From positions 5,022,001 through 5,086,000 of the forward strand of contig NC_089432.1 of assembly GCF_026210795.1 (NCBI RefSeq): 64,000 nt of DNA, given 5' to 3'. Source of the stretch: Rhizophagus irregularis. Lineage: Eukaryota. Under the pieces are notes generated by a model that was given only the letters and a program-made list of their open reading frames with translations, searched no databases and was not told where the DNA came from. Below, one piece after another: positions 39,398-51,600 of this stretch; positions within the stretch are counted from its first letter, which is position 1, and the number at the start of each line of letters is the position of its first letter. The translations under genes and the position numbers were made by a program.

Positions 39398-41698
39398 TTA
39401 CGATTTTAGTGAAAGAATTTCAAAATATTTTTTTTGTGCTTTTTGATATCCTTGTTTGGCGGATTTTTCATACCAATAAATCGCTTTATCTATGTCTTTT
39501 GTAATTCCATTTCCACTTTCATACATCAAAGCAAGATTAGATTGTGCTATCATGTCTCCTAAATTTGCTGATTTTTGATATAATTTAAATGCTTTTTGCT
39601 TGTCAATTTTAGTTCCAAAACCATTAAAATAACAATATCCTAACGTTGTCATTCCACTTGAATTTCCCCCTTCGACTGATTGCTTAACTAATTCAAAAGC
39701 TTTATTATGATCTTTTATGACACCCTCTCCATTTAAATAACAAAGACCTAAATCATGTATGGCTATCATATTTCCATTATTGGCAGCTTTTTCATACCAA
39801 TAAATACCCTTTATTAAGTCTTTTTCAATGCCTACTCCTTTCATATAATAATAACCAATTTGAAATTTTCCATATGTGAAATTTTTATTAGCCACTTTTT
39901 CAAAATATTTAAAAGCTAGTTCATCATTTTTTGTAGTTCCATAACCATATTGATAACATATACCAACAAAAGATTGTGCTGATATATTATTTTTTTCTGA
40001 TGCATTAATAAATAAATTAAATGCTTTCTCATAATTTCTGCTTGTCTCAATTCCATAAAAATTAAAATATCCAAGTAAAAAAATGGAATTTGAATTATTT
40101 TGATTATTTGATAACCAATTATAAATTTCTTGTGAATTTGTATTATGGTTATTAAAATATTCAATAACTTGCTCTTTTAACAATTCTTCTCCAACTCCTT
40201 TATTTAATAATTTAAAAACTAAATCAATTATTTCATCAGCTATTATGTTAAAATCTTTTTGAGTTGGAATATTTTCTTGTTTACTTGACATTACTATAGG
40301 ATCAAATTCTTTAGTATCCATTTTGTCAAAATTTTGGATAAGCTGAGATAATTCTCCTTGTGATTCTGAATTATTGGTACTTAAAGGTGGTGCTTCATTG
40401 ATTTCTTGCTCATTTGATAATTGAGGATTTTCCGTTATTATATCTGTTTTTGTAATTAAAGCCTTTAACCAATCAACAACTTGATATATGGTAGGACGAT
40501 TATCTGGTTCACCATCCCAACATTCTGAAAAATACGGTAAATATAATTTGAGATTAATTAAAAATAATATTAAAATTAAAAACTAAATTTAAAATATTAC
40601 TTACTAGTATAAATTGTTACATATTCCTCAGGTGTTTCAGGAACAATAGTTTCTCTATGGCCTTGTGAAATATCCAAAATTAAACTAACATCATATTGTC
40701 CATCTTCAGCATCAAAAGGAGGTCGGCCACTAGATAATTCCCATAATAATACGCCAATACTGTAAATATCACTTTTTTCATTTAATGAGTATATTTGTGT
40801 TTGGTTATTATTATTTCTTTTCCTGCTAAAGCTTTTTGGATCAACATAAGGGACCAACCCAAATACTTTGGATTGAAAATTGGATGATGCTCCAATTCGT
40901 CTTGATAATCCAAAGTCCGCCAATTTGATCGTGTTTTGATGGACTAATATATTGCCAGAGTGCTATTAAAAGTATATATTAAATAAGTATATACAAATAT
41001 AAAATTACCAACAATAATAAATAAATTACCAAATCACGATGGACAATCCCCTCATTATGTAAGCAAGATACAGCGCTAGCCAACTGATACGCCATAAGGT
41101 ACTTATCATCCCAAGTAAGTTTACTAAAGTTTTTTTTCAAATAACTTCGGAGACTACCACTGTCGGCGTATTCCATTACTAGCATATAATTGTTATTAAT
41201 ATGATTTTCTAAGGAATAAAGGGAATAAGTAATCATTAAAAAAATATTTTTATTAATAAATTTGGTACATTTATTATTAAGGTAGAAATTAATAATACCT
41301 GATTCAAATTTTGTTATTCCATGACAACGAATAATATTATCATGGAAATCGACTTCACGTTGAATTCTTAGCTAAATAAATTTCAAATTTTTTTAAAAAA
41401 TAAATATAATATTAAAAATCGCAAATAAAAAAAATTCTTGTACATTAATTACCTCACGAACAATTTCTTTAACGGTGAGATTGTTAAGATTAAAAAAAGA
41501 CTTTAACGCAAAATATTTATCCAAATTTTTCCAATTTGCACGATAAACTTTTCCAAAACCCCCGGTACCAATTTCTTGAAAGTTATTAAATTCGTCATAT
41601 TTGTAATATTTTAATTGATTTTTGTCAATAGTTTCTTCAATCCAATTTATCCATTCATTTTTATTCTCAGTATCATGCATTTTGATATTTTCAGACAT
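39398..41698 (-). CDS. G7: TKL kinase-Sel1 repeat protein (~660 aa), exons 41698-41453, 41371-41299, 41208-41030, 40962-40605, 40524-39398
   Basis: Inverted copy of the G1/G2 type; GTGGFG, HRDL|HSGN, DFG and DIYS present; Sel1 repeats. Confidence 0.92.
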
Positions 41699-42448
41699 AT
41701 TGAATTTAAAAAAATATAAATTGAACGGTAAAGGTTTGTATTTAACTTTAATTAATTTTTTTTTTTTCTCCGATTTATATTCTCACAATATCACTAGTAT
41801 CACCAAACAAATAAGTCGTCAATCATTCGATATTTTCAACCGCAGTACTGAACTAAGCCGAAAAATTCAGCCGAAGGCGCAGTAAATTTTCGGCTCAGCC
41901 GAAAATCGATCTTGAATAATTTGAACTAACCCTATCCGTAATCTTTGTAAATAATAATTTGGAAAATAACAAAATCTAAGCAATTTCATGTTTTAACATG
42001 GAATAAAAAAACACGGTACAAATTTTTTAGAGGGAAACGTAAAGTCTTTAAAGTCCTATTCACAGAAAAATCAAGCTAATTCTCTCTAATTGAAAAGTAT
42101 TATAAGAGTATTGTAAGCGAAATTAAATTTTATTTGCTCATAAAAAAATGAATGTTATATATAGTATGCCAAATACTGTTTCTCCAAACTTTGAATATTA
42201 CCAGTTAAAATTTAGTACTCAATAGTTACAATGTTACATGATCACACGTGACAAAATGACAAAATCTTAAGCTTAATTTCTTAATCCAATAGCTAAATTA
42301 CATTTTTTGCTAAATATCCAACATATCATACAACATTTTTCAAGATGTATACCGAAGATGTAACTGTAGAATTATAAATACTGTATAAAATGCAAAATTT
42401 TGACTTCATATGTAATGAAAGACCTAGTAACACAGCAAAGCAAATGAC

Positions 42449-42900
42449 GGATTTTTCATACCAATAAATCGCTTTATCTAAATCTTTTGTAATTCCTTTT
42501 TCATATTCGTACAATAAAACCAGGATAATATTGTGCTGTCATATTTCCTAAATTTACGTGAAAAGATAAATTCCATTTAGTTCCTTTATTGATTTATTAT
42601 AACGACTATTCCGTTTTCATTTGAAAGATTCCTATTTGATACTGACATATTATCGATTTTTTTGTATTCATTTTAACAAAATTTTGAATAAGTTGAGATG
42701 ATTCTCCTTGTGACTATTAAATGAACCTCATTAAGTTCTTACTCATTTGATTTCTGTTATTATACCTGTTTTAGTAATCAATGCTTTTACTGCTTGATAC
42801 TATAATAGGACGATTATCCGGCTCACCATCCCAACATTTCTAATGTAATTTAAGTAATATAACCAAATAATTTCAAATTTATTTACTAGTGTAAATTTTT
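42449..42900 (-). pseudogene. Relic of a G7-type gene (exon 4 end and deleted exon 5)
   Basis: Minus strand encodes [21 protein letters not shown] and [19 protein letters not shown], with a large internal deletion. Confidence 0.85.
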
Positions 42901-43376
42901 AAATAAATCCAACAAAGTGGCTAGATTTACTTTTAATTCGACTCAAACGTACTACTGTACGTGATTGTTTTTTTAATGGCAAATACAGTACAAATACGAT
43001 TAAATAAATGGAAATACTTGTGTTCTATTTTACATACATGTTTTATATAATAAACGTTCAAAAAATTTTTTTTGAGTGAATATTACTAAATAAATTAATA
43101 ACAATATGAGATTAGGTAATGTAAAATGACTTTGGTAAAAGTTTTATTGTAATTGTGAAGGCAGTGAAACATTATTACCGACATCAGTTTTTTGGACTAA
43201 TACGATGATGTATTTAAAAATTAATATATATTACCAATCAAAGAACTGTATATAATTTAATTAGTAAGACGAAGTCACAAATATTTTAGTTTTAAAATTA
43301 AAAGTACGACTAATAGTATAATAATATGACAAAACTATAAAATTGTCATCCAATAGTTTTATTCCATTATATTTTA

Positions 43377-43621
43377 GGGAGCCGTTCAAAATCCCGACAA
43401 TCAGAATCCCACTACAACACAAACCCAATGCTCACAATCCTGACACTTACTATCTTGACACGCTATTTTTTTTTCTTATTACTTTTTTTTTAATTTATAC
43501 GTAACGGTAATGTTATTGTAATTTTCTCAAAAAGGATATGTGGTTACGGATTTTCAGGTCGGAATTGTGTCGCAGGCTCGTAGCCCGTGTTTTGTAGTAG
43601 TCGGGATTTCGTGGTAAATCC
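43377..43621. mobile_element. Degenerate MITE
   Basis: aaatcccgaca/aatcccactacaacac on the left pair with gtgttttgtagtagtcgggattt on the right; no clear TSD. Confidence 0.5.
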
Positions 43622-45023
43622 GTTGTATAAAATAGGAATTACACCCCCAAAAAAAATGTCACAAGTTCCTTATAAATTATTAATTCTATGTCGATCATTA
43701 GTAATTTTTTTCTGATACCCGGTTTTCATTTCTTTAATAATGCTCTTTATGTAAACCCGTTCAACATCAACATATTTTAATACATAATATTTATCCCAAA
43801 GTTTCAAATAGTTTGTTTTTTACCTTTTATTTGACTCCACGCCAGATTCCCATTTTCAACGAATTAACGTAAAATAATATAAATAAAGATGAATTAAACT
43901 ATATAAAGTATGTTGAAAGTATGTTTCATAAATAGACTTTCCTTAATCATACATCAAATAAAGTATACTGTAAGCCACGCGCTTTCATTCTTTATGAATT
44001 TTAAACGCTTAGATAAGGTAAAGACCTGGTTAAGAACTGAGATCCTATCTATTAAAAGTTTATCATATATTATTTATTATCTCCTCCTCAAAATGGTACT
44101 CATGGATATCAGTAGTCCTGTGATAGGACAGATTGGTTATGAGACACGTAATTTTTATGCGTGGAGCAACTGGAGCATAGCAAGGCCGTAGTACTTTATC
44201 ATGATGTCTTCTAAATGTGGTTAACGCAAGGCTAATAAATTACATTAGGATTTTTTTTTTTAAATATCATATTAAGTGATATTCCACAAGACTACATATT
44301 TTTAAGGCGTACACATTCTCACCCTTAGAATATTTTTAGCAGATTTATACCAATGTCCTTTAAATTAGTATTAGGCAAAAAAGGAAACAATTTTCATTAA
44401 TCGGCAAGATATAAAATTTACCATAACTTTAAAATATTGGGGTTTAGACTTTAGATAACTAAATTTAGATCAAATATATTTTGCTAAACATACTGTATAT
44501 AGTAAAAGAAAATATTGGCATTACCTATCAAATATATTAGAACATGATTAATTTAGTATTGATTTATTGATTTGCATTTAATCGAATTAAACTTTACCTT
44601 TGTCACATTCTTAACTTTTATTGTAAATCATTAAATAATTAATAAAACTTTTAGTTTAAATGATATGTTTATCATTTAAATCATATGTCAATTTTCAAAT
44701 CATTTTCCAAACATTGTTTAGAAATCCATACTAAAAAAAAAAATCTTTTTTAATTATTTAAAAAATTCGTTACAGATGATCATAAACATTTCTCATTCAT
44801 ACTAATTCGAGTTACACACAATAAAAATTTCGAATTTTAATAAGGGGATATCGGGACTCGGGGATATATATTAGGTAGAATCGAGTTGGTCCGGCTCAAA
44901 TACTTTGTTTTTTTTTTCAAAAAAAAAAAAAAATATTAATAATAATTGTATTTTATTATTATTAAATTGAATCAAAAAAAGATAATAACTTGAGAATACC
45001 CTTTTACACCATCATAAAGAAAT

Positions 45024-45437
45024 ATGCATTTTATGCCAAGTCTATTTAATAAATTACGAACAATATCTCATAAATATTTATTACTTTTTTTGTTAAACAC
45101 ATTCTTTAATTATAATTTATCATTATGTGAAACACACATAACTTCAATGATTCATAGTAGCAAGACTAGTAGTATTGACACGATATTTAGTGTTGACACG
45201 AAGATTGGTGTTAGTACAAAGCTTGTTCTTGTCAAGGAGACTGTTATTAGTACAGGATCCGTTATTAGTAAGGCGACTCACCTTAATCCTGTAGGATCCA
45301 AACAAGTTAAAGGATTAGGGACTGAAACAATAATCGGAATAATAGCTGCATCAATAACTGTAGGAATAGCATTATTATTTTTATGTGGAAGTAAAGTTGA
45401 TAATAACAAAAATATCAAAAACAAAAGCAAAGTATAA
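45024..45437 (+). CDS. Small putative secreted or single-pass membrane protein (137 aa; possible extra 3' exon after ~45482)
   Basis: N-terminal hydrophobic stretch (YLLLFLLNTFF), Ser/Thr-rich middle, TM-like TIIGIIAASITVGIALLFLC, basic tail. Confidence 0.5.
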   Translation: MHFMPSLFNKLRTISHKYLLLFLLNTFFNYNLSLCETHITSMIHSSKTSSIDTIFSVDTKIGVSTKLVLVKETVISTGSVISKATHLNPVGSKQVKGLGTETIIGIIAASITVGIALLFLCGSKVDNNKNIKNKSKV

Positions 45438-46559
45438 TTTATTATTATCATATATTTTATTATCATATATTTTATTAATTAGATCAAAGCCGATCGGCAA
45501 CCATGGATTTTTACAATTATCATTATTCTTATTTATAATTTAATTTATTGTATTCATTGATAATGGATTTAATAGTTTTTTTTTTTTTTTGTACTCGCGG
45601 TTGCAAATCTTTATGTGAAAATCACAAGTGATCTGTTATGAATTATTTTAAAGTTTTGTTAAGATTTACATTTATTCCATCCCTGGTAATTGACGGATAA
45701 AATAACAGCTAAAATTGGAGCGAATTAAGCATATTAGCCCATATTTGATATTACCCAAACTGATCTACAAACCTAATAAGTTTAGTAATTACAACAGCAA
45801 AACGGCTAGTCGGGTAATTAAAATAATACTTTAATTAAATTTTAATATAACATAATTACATTATATAGTATATACAATTATACTTTATTATACTTTATAC
45901 TACGCCATCACAATAAAAATTTTCAATTGTCCACTATATTTCGAATTTTGTAATTTTTGTTGTAAACGAAAGTTTGCTCTTTTTTTTTTTAATGGACCAA
46001 ACAGTTTCTAAAGGAAACTACCTTTGTGATATCGTAATTTTTTTTTTTTTTTACAAACCAAAAATTGAGGAAAATTATGACATATATAATCAATTTGAAA
46101 AAAAAAAGAACTAGTCGAGCTTTGTACCTGCCGCTTCTTAAACCATTACATTTTATTGGATCGCATTAATTTCACCAACAATCATCTTTCCGATAAACGT
46201 ATTACCGACAGGGTCTTTTCATAGACAAATGTTTGCCAACGATCATCTACCGACAAGGGAATTTAGGATAGATTAGGTAAGGAAATTAGGGTTAAACAGA
46301 GTCCTGTCGGTGAAACGTTTGACGGTCTCCTCTGTCAGACCTCTGATACGAGTAAAATTGTACTCGAGTCTTTTAAATTCAAAAAAAAAAATTTCTTGCT
46401 AATTTTACTCAAGAATTCAAGCTTTATTGTTGCTTAATAACGAATCAATACACCCATTATCTATCGATCTATTTATATTATTACACACAGTATATAACAG
46501 GCGAATAAATATATATCTATATAGGCAATAAAAAACTTGATATGAATATTATTCTATAA

Positions 46560-47600
46560 TTGTTATACACAACTTACACCTTGAGAAATCATTATTATAA
46601 ATTTTAAAGATTGGCTTTGCATTTCAGTAGATTTGTATTTTGTAGCTGTGATTACTATGATACCGGAACAATACAAATGAATTATGACGTAATTGAAGAA
46701 AATTCACGAGAAATTGAGAAAGAATTAATTATATAAAATTTCGTACAGTACTTGCAGATTATATAAACATGAAGACTGTTAAATTATAAATAATTACCTA
46801 TCTAATTTTATGAATTGGTCCATAAGATGGAGTTCATAAATGTCCAAAGAGTTTCCCATAATTTATTAATAATTGGTATAGTAGATATGGTAGAAAATGA
46901 TTAATTAGTCAGGATTAAGAAATATTCGCGTGAATTCCCTTGATGCTTATTTACAAGTTTAAAACCTGATTATTCTAATTATTATGATATGGAAGACGTT
47001 GTTCTTACAGCTTGTTCCATATCGAATATTAAAAATCTTTATCAATCATTAGGCCCGATCATTGGCACCTGTATCCTTCAATTGCTCGTCCACGTTGTGT
47101 CGGACGAGTCAAGCGAAAAAAACTAATGGAATTGATTCAAAATAAAGCTTATATTTACGTCTTGTGACTTCCTAGAAGCTTTCCATTACTATTTAATATT
47201 GAGATACAGAAAGCATAAAGAGATTACAATTTTTTTTTTCACTTGACTCCCAACCCGCTAATATTGATAAAAACTGGTCACCCGTGTAATGCCAAAACTT
47301 TAATCCTCGAAAGGAGACTCGTGCCGAAGCCCGGGTAAAGTAATGGTATTTGCTACCCAAATGTGGCTGGCAAATGAGCAGGACACGTGTGACGTCGATT
47401 TTGACAAGAGATTCTTCATTAATTTACGAATTATGGAGTTGAAATAAACTGATAAGTTATCAGAAAATTACTGTAAATCTTTCCATAGATATTTGAATAA
47501 TCTTATAATCTGAAAAAATTAAAGTCTGACCACCGCTTGATGATAACTCATCATAACTGGCTTTCGATAAAACTCGACACTATCCTTTCACGTTTAACAA
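46560..47600 (+). pseudogene. Unidentified decayed coding-like region
   Basis: Higher-complexity sequence with short protein-like pieces (KPDYSNYYDMEDVVLTACSISNIKNLYQSLG; ARPRCVGRVKRKKLMELIQNKAYIY) broken by stops. Confidence 0.3.
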
Positions 47601-47944
47601 ATCTATTGATATAAACTTACAAAATTTTTACCATGATTACAGCGCGATAGTAAATAATCAAAAAGTTTGCTCTTTAATAATTTGGAATCATGAAAATTTT
47701 AGGTAGATCGATCCATGTAATTCCACATGGAATTCCATAAATCCTACGAGGATGAAAATACACCGTGTTCTGTCACAGGGTATATGTGGATTTTTTGCAA
47801 AAAAGAATGTTACCTATTTTACTACCTTTTAGTATGATATTGATGAAATCGAGATAGAAGAAGCAATTTATTTCATTTATCTAACGAATCGAATTATTAT
47901 TTTTTTTTCCTCAAAAAAAAAAAAAAAATTTGGTCTAGTCATTT

Positions 47945-48197
47945 CAGTGTTCGGAAATGATCTGGTTATTTGACCATTTAAATGGTTTATGAAATCATTC
48001 GTCATTATTCATAATCCATTTGGTCATTTCAATCATTTGATAATACTTATCACATAAATAATCATGTGACTATAATTAAAAAATAATGAATGTAGTGTAG
48101 GCAAAAATCATAATGCTGGCCAAAATTCAATGACCAAGGTCAATTGTCATTTGTCATTTGAATCATTTGGTCATTTCAAGTCATTTGCTGAACACTG
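47945..48197. mobile_element. hAT-type MITE
   Basis: TIR CAGTGTTCGGAAATGA / TCATTTGCTGAACACTG; perfect 8-bp TSD AGTCATTT (47937-47944 and 48198-48205); tcattt subterminal repeats. Confidence 0.9.
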
Positions 48198-48687
48198 AGT
48201 CATTTGTTTTTTAACAACTAAAAAAAACCCAAAAAAAAACACGCAAAATTTTCAAAACATTTTAATAAGACTTAATCGTGCGGTCTCTAATTTTTTCAGC
48301 ATCCTAATACGTATTAAATTTTACCATAATTAACCTTTTAGTTCTATTATTAAAATAATTCTTCCAAACGTTTATTCCCGTTAATAGATATTCTATTTCG
48401 TAATTGGGAATCATTATGATGGGTCGTGATGTATTAATTCAACGAACCTTCACTATATCTCGTTATCTATTGAATTGTACATTTATTTTATTGTTTCTTA
48501 TTAAAAACAGATAAATGCACGAAACGTGGGAAAAGAAAACAAATTGTAATTCACAGTCTATGATTAAAATCCAAATCAAAAAAAAAAAAGTATAAAAAAA
48601 TGTTCCAAAAAAAAAAAATCCATAAAGACCAAATGACCAAAAAAACAAAAGAAAAATAAAATCTTCTTAAAATGAAGAATAAAATGA

Positions 48688-51600
48688 TTAAGTATCTTTA
48701 GTGTCTACAGTATCTACATACTTCCAACCTCTTAATGTTTCTTTATCTTCTACCAATTGCCATGTTTTCCAATAATGTGAATCAAGTTTCATTGTTACAA
48801 CGTCTGTAACATCATTACTATTAATAATTTTTATACGTACATATCCACCATTATCATCATCTTCTTCTTCAACTGTTTCTTTCATTTCGTTCTCATATGC
48901 ATGTATTGCCTCTATAAATGTATCTAAATCTTTCACTTTCCTTTCTTGTATTTCAACAATCCAAACTCCTGGTACTAAAGAAACGTATGCTGGTGAACCA
49001 CATATCGTATGTGATACGTATACGCCCACTGGCACATTTTTAACTTGTTCCAACACCGCCTTATATGGTTCTTGTATAAGTGCACCTGACCATCCTACAA
49101 TTCGCGTTGTCTCTTTTCCATTGCATGGTGTTGTTGCTATTTTAAAATTCTTTTCTTCTCTATCACGTAATATTAGCTAAAATAAAAATAAATTGATGAA
49201 TTTTAAATTTTAATTATGAAAATAAAAAAAAAAAATTCATAAATACAAAACAATATATTTTCGAAACGAAAAATTATAATAATATTTACCAGATCAACTT
49301 CTTTTGAATAATATATAGCTGCGGGTAAATCAGCCATTTTTGTTATAATTTTATCATTAATCGTTAAAACAATATCTCCTACTTTTAATAATTTTCCTGC
49401 AGGACTTGCTGAATCAAGTATATTTATTATACTTAATAAATTATGTCTTGAATTTTTTGATGATTCAATTTTTTTAACCCAATCATCCGATAATCCATAA
49501 TTTTTTGCTTCTACTAATCTTATTGTTCTAAATTCTACATCAAGATTATATAATATTGGTTCTTCACCATTTTTAAGTGATATCATAGTCGGTTTAATTA
49601 AAGATATTGGAAATCCTTTTATAAATGAAATTTCTTCCCAATTATCATTTTGTGAAGAATAAGTTAACCATAACCCTTGTACTTTTCCATCTTCTTCGCA
49701 TAACACACCACCTAATCCAAAGAATAAAAATAATTAATTAAATAATTAAACAAAAATATAACTTATTATATAAATACCTAATAAATCTATCGGATAATCC
49801 ACTCTAATTTCATCAACATTCATAGCTCTCCATCTTGGAGGACTACATTTTTTTGTGATAACATCTTTAATATTCATTACGGCGGTTTTCTTAATTGTAG
49901 GTTTATGATTCTCATAAATTCCTATAGAATAAACCTCATCACCTTGTTCTAAATCCTTATCACTTAATTCAATCGCTCTGATAGGAGTATTCTCCAATAA
50001 TGTTTTGTCATATGTAATGAATGCACAATTATATATTGGGTGAAGATAAACTAATTTTCCAGGTATCATAATACTATTAGCAAAAGTAATAAAAATATCG
50101 CCAATATTAACTGGTACTGTATATCGATCACATACAATTAAAGGTGGTTCAGTAGATACTATCAACCCCGTACCATTAGACTATTATAACATCACATTAT
50201 TTAAAAAAAAAAAAAAAAAATGGTTAACAAATCAAAAAAAGAAAAATAATATTGATTTTTGATCATTTACCTCTAAATACCTTAATCCATCAACATTATG
50301 CGGGAAAAAACAATTAATAAAAACAAATGAAGGCCAAATTTTTCCAACAGGTTGTAATAGTTCATTAAAAGTTTGAAATTGTGCTGTAACAGGTTCATAT
50401 GATTGAATGGATACAGGAGGTGGCATTTTCTCATAATTCCATAACCCATTAGTATCTTCATTAAAGCAATTATTTTTTATTTGTCAGATATAACATCCAA
50501 AAAGGGAATGTGGATTTTTAAATAGACATACCATCACGGATAGCTACTTGAAATTTATTCCAATGTCGATCTATAAATGCGATCTCAACCATTTCCTTAT
50601 GAATATTTTGTAAATGATAAAATTTTAATGGTACTCTAGCACCATCAGGTAAAGTTTTCACAGCTTCAATAAATGCGTCCAAATTTGGTGTGGGAATATT
50701 ATTAATACTAATAAGTATATATCCATTTGTGGCTACATATGTACCTCCAACAGGTTGTGAATAAGAATGAGCGAGCTGATATGATAATTCATTAACAATC
50801 TCACCGCTAACCTCAACAAAACGATTTGGTGTTATGGAATGAAGATCCTGAATTTTTATACTAACATCCATCTGAGTTTTACCACGACATATTGTTAATT
50901 CTATATTCTCACCAACTGAATCATCAATTATTGAAAATAAATGTGTAAAATTGGTTATAATATTTTTATTTGCACAAATAACAATATCACCGGGTACAAG
51001 CAACCCATCAGCCGGTCCTTTTGGTAGGACAATACGAACGACCAATAAACCAGTTTCTTCTGGAAATTTTTCTCGAATTTCTTGTTCAATATTTGCCTTA
51101 AGACCCAAATGTCGAAGTTCATCATAAGGTGTATATTCAAATTCTGTTTGTAAAGTTCCACGAGGAACTTGTTTCCCTTCTTGAAGATATTTAAGCGCTC
51201 TTTTTACTCTATCTAAAGGAAGATAAAAACTGGATGATGCTATGCTTTCGCCGCCTGCGTTGAGAGCAACGGCGTTACCTTCAATATCAATTACAGGACT
51301 ACCTGATGATCCACCACTAGTTCCAGATGCTGCTTGAAAATAAAATGTATTAAAATCATTATATTCTCCAATACCATATTCTGGAGCTCTAATTAAAATT
51401 AATTATCGGTATAAAAAAAAACTAATTTCGTTAATGATGATGATGATAAAAATATTTATCAACTAAACTTGCCTTCTATCAAGTCTTGCTAAAGTACCAG
51501 ATAAAATTGATAAAATTTCTCCATTATCATTTCCAGCAACTCTTATTTCTATCCCTATTTTAGCCTTTTCTGGACTAAGTGGAATTTGTTCTAATTCCAT

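Noticed and set aside
1860..42900. Diversity-generating retroelement (template/variable repeat) explanation for Sel1 variation
   Set aside because: No reverse transcriptase recognised, no invariant template copy, and the changes are not evidently adenine-specific.
46158..46345. Possible telomere-like ttagg repeats or foldback element
   Set aside because: Only a few degenerate units; termini and TSD could not be defined.
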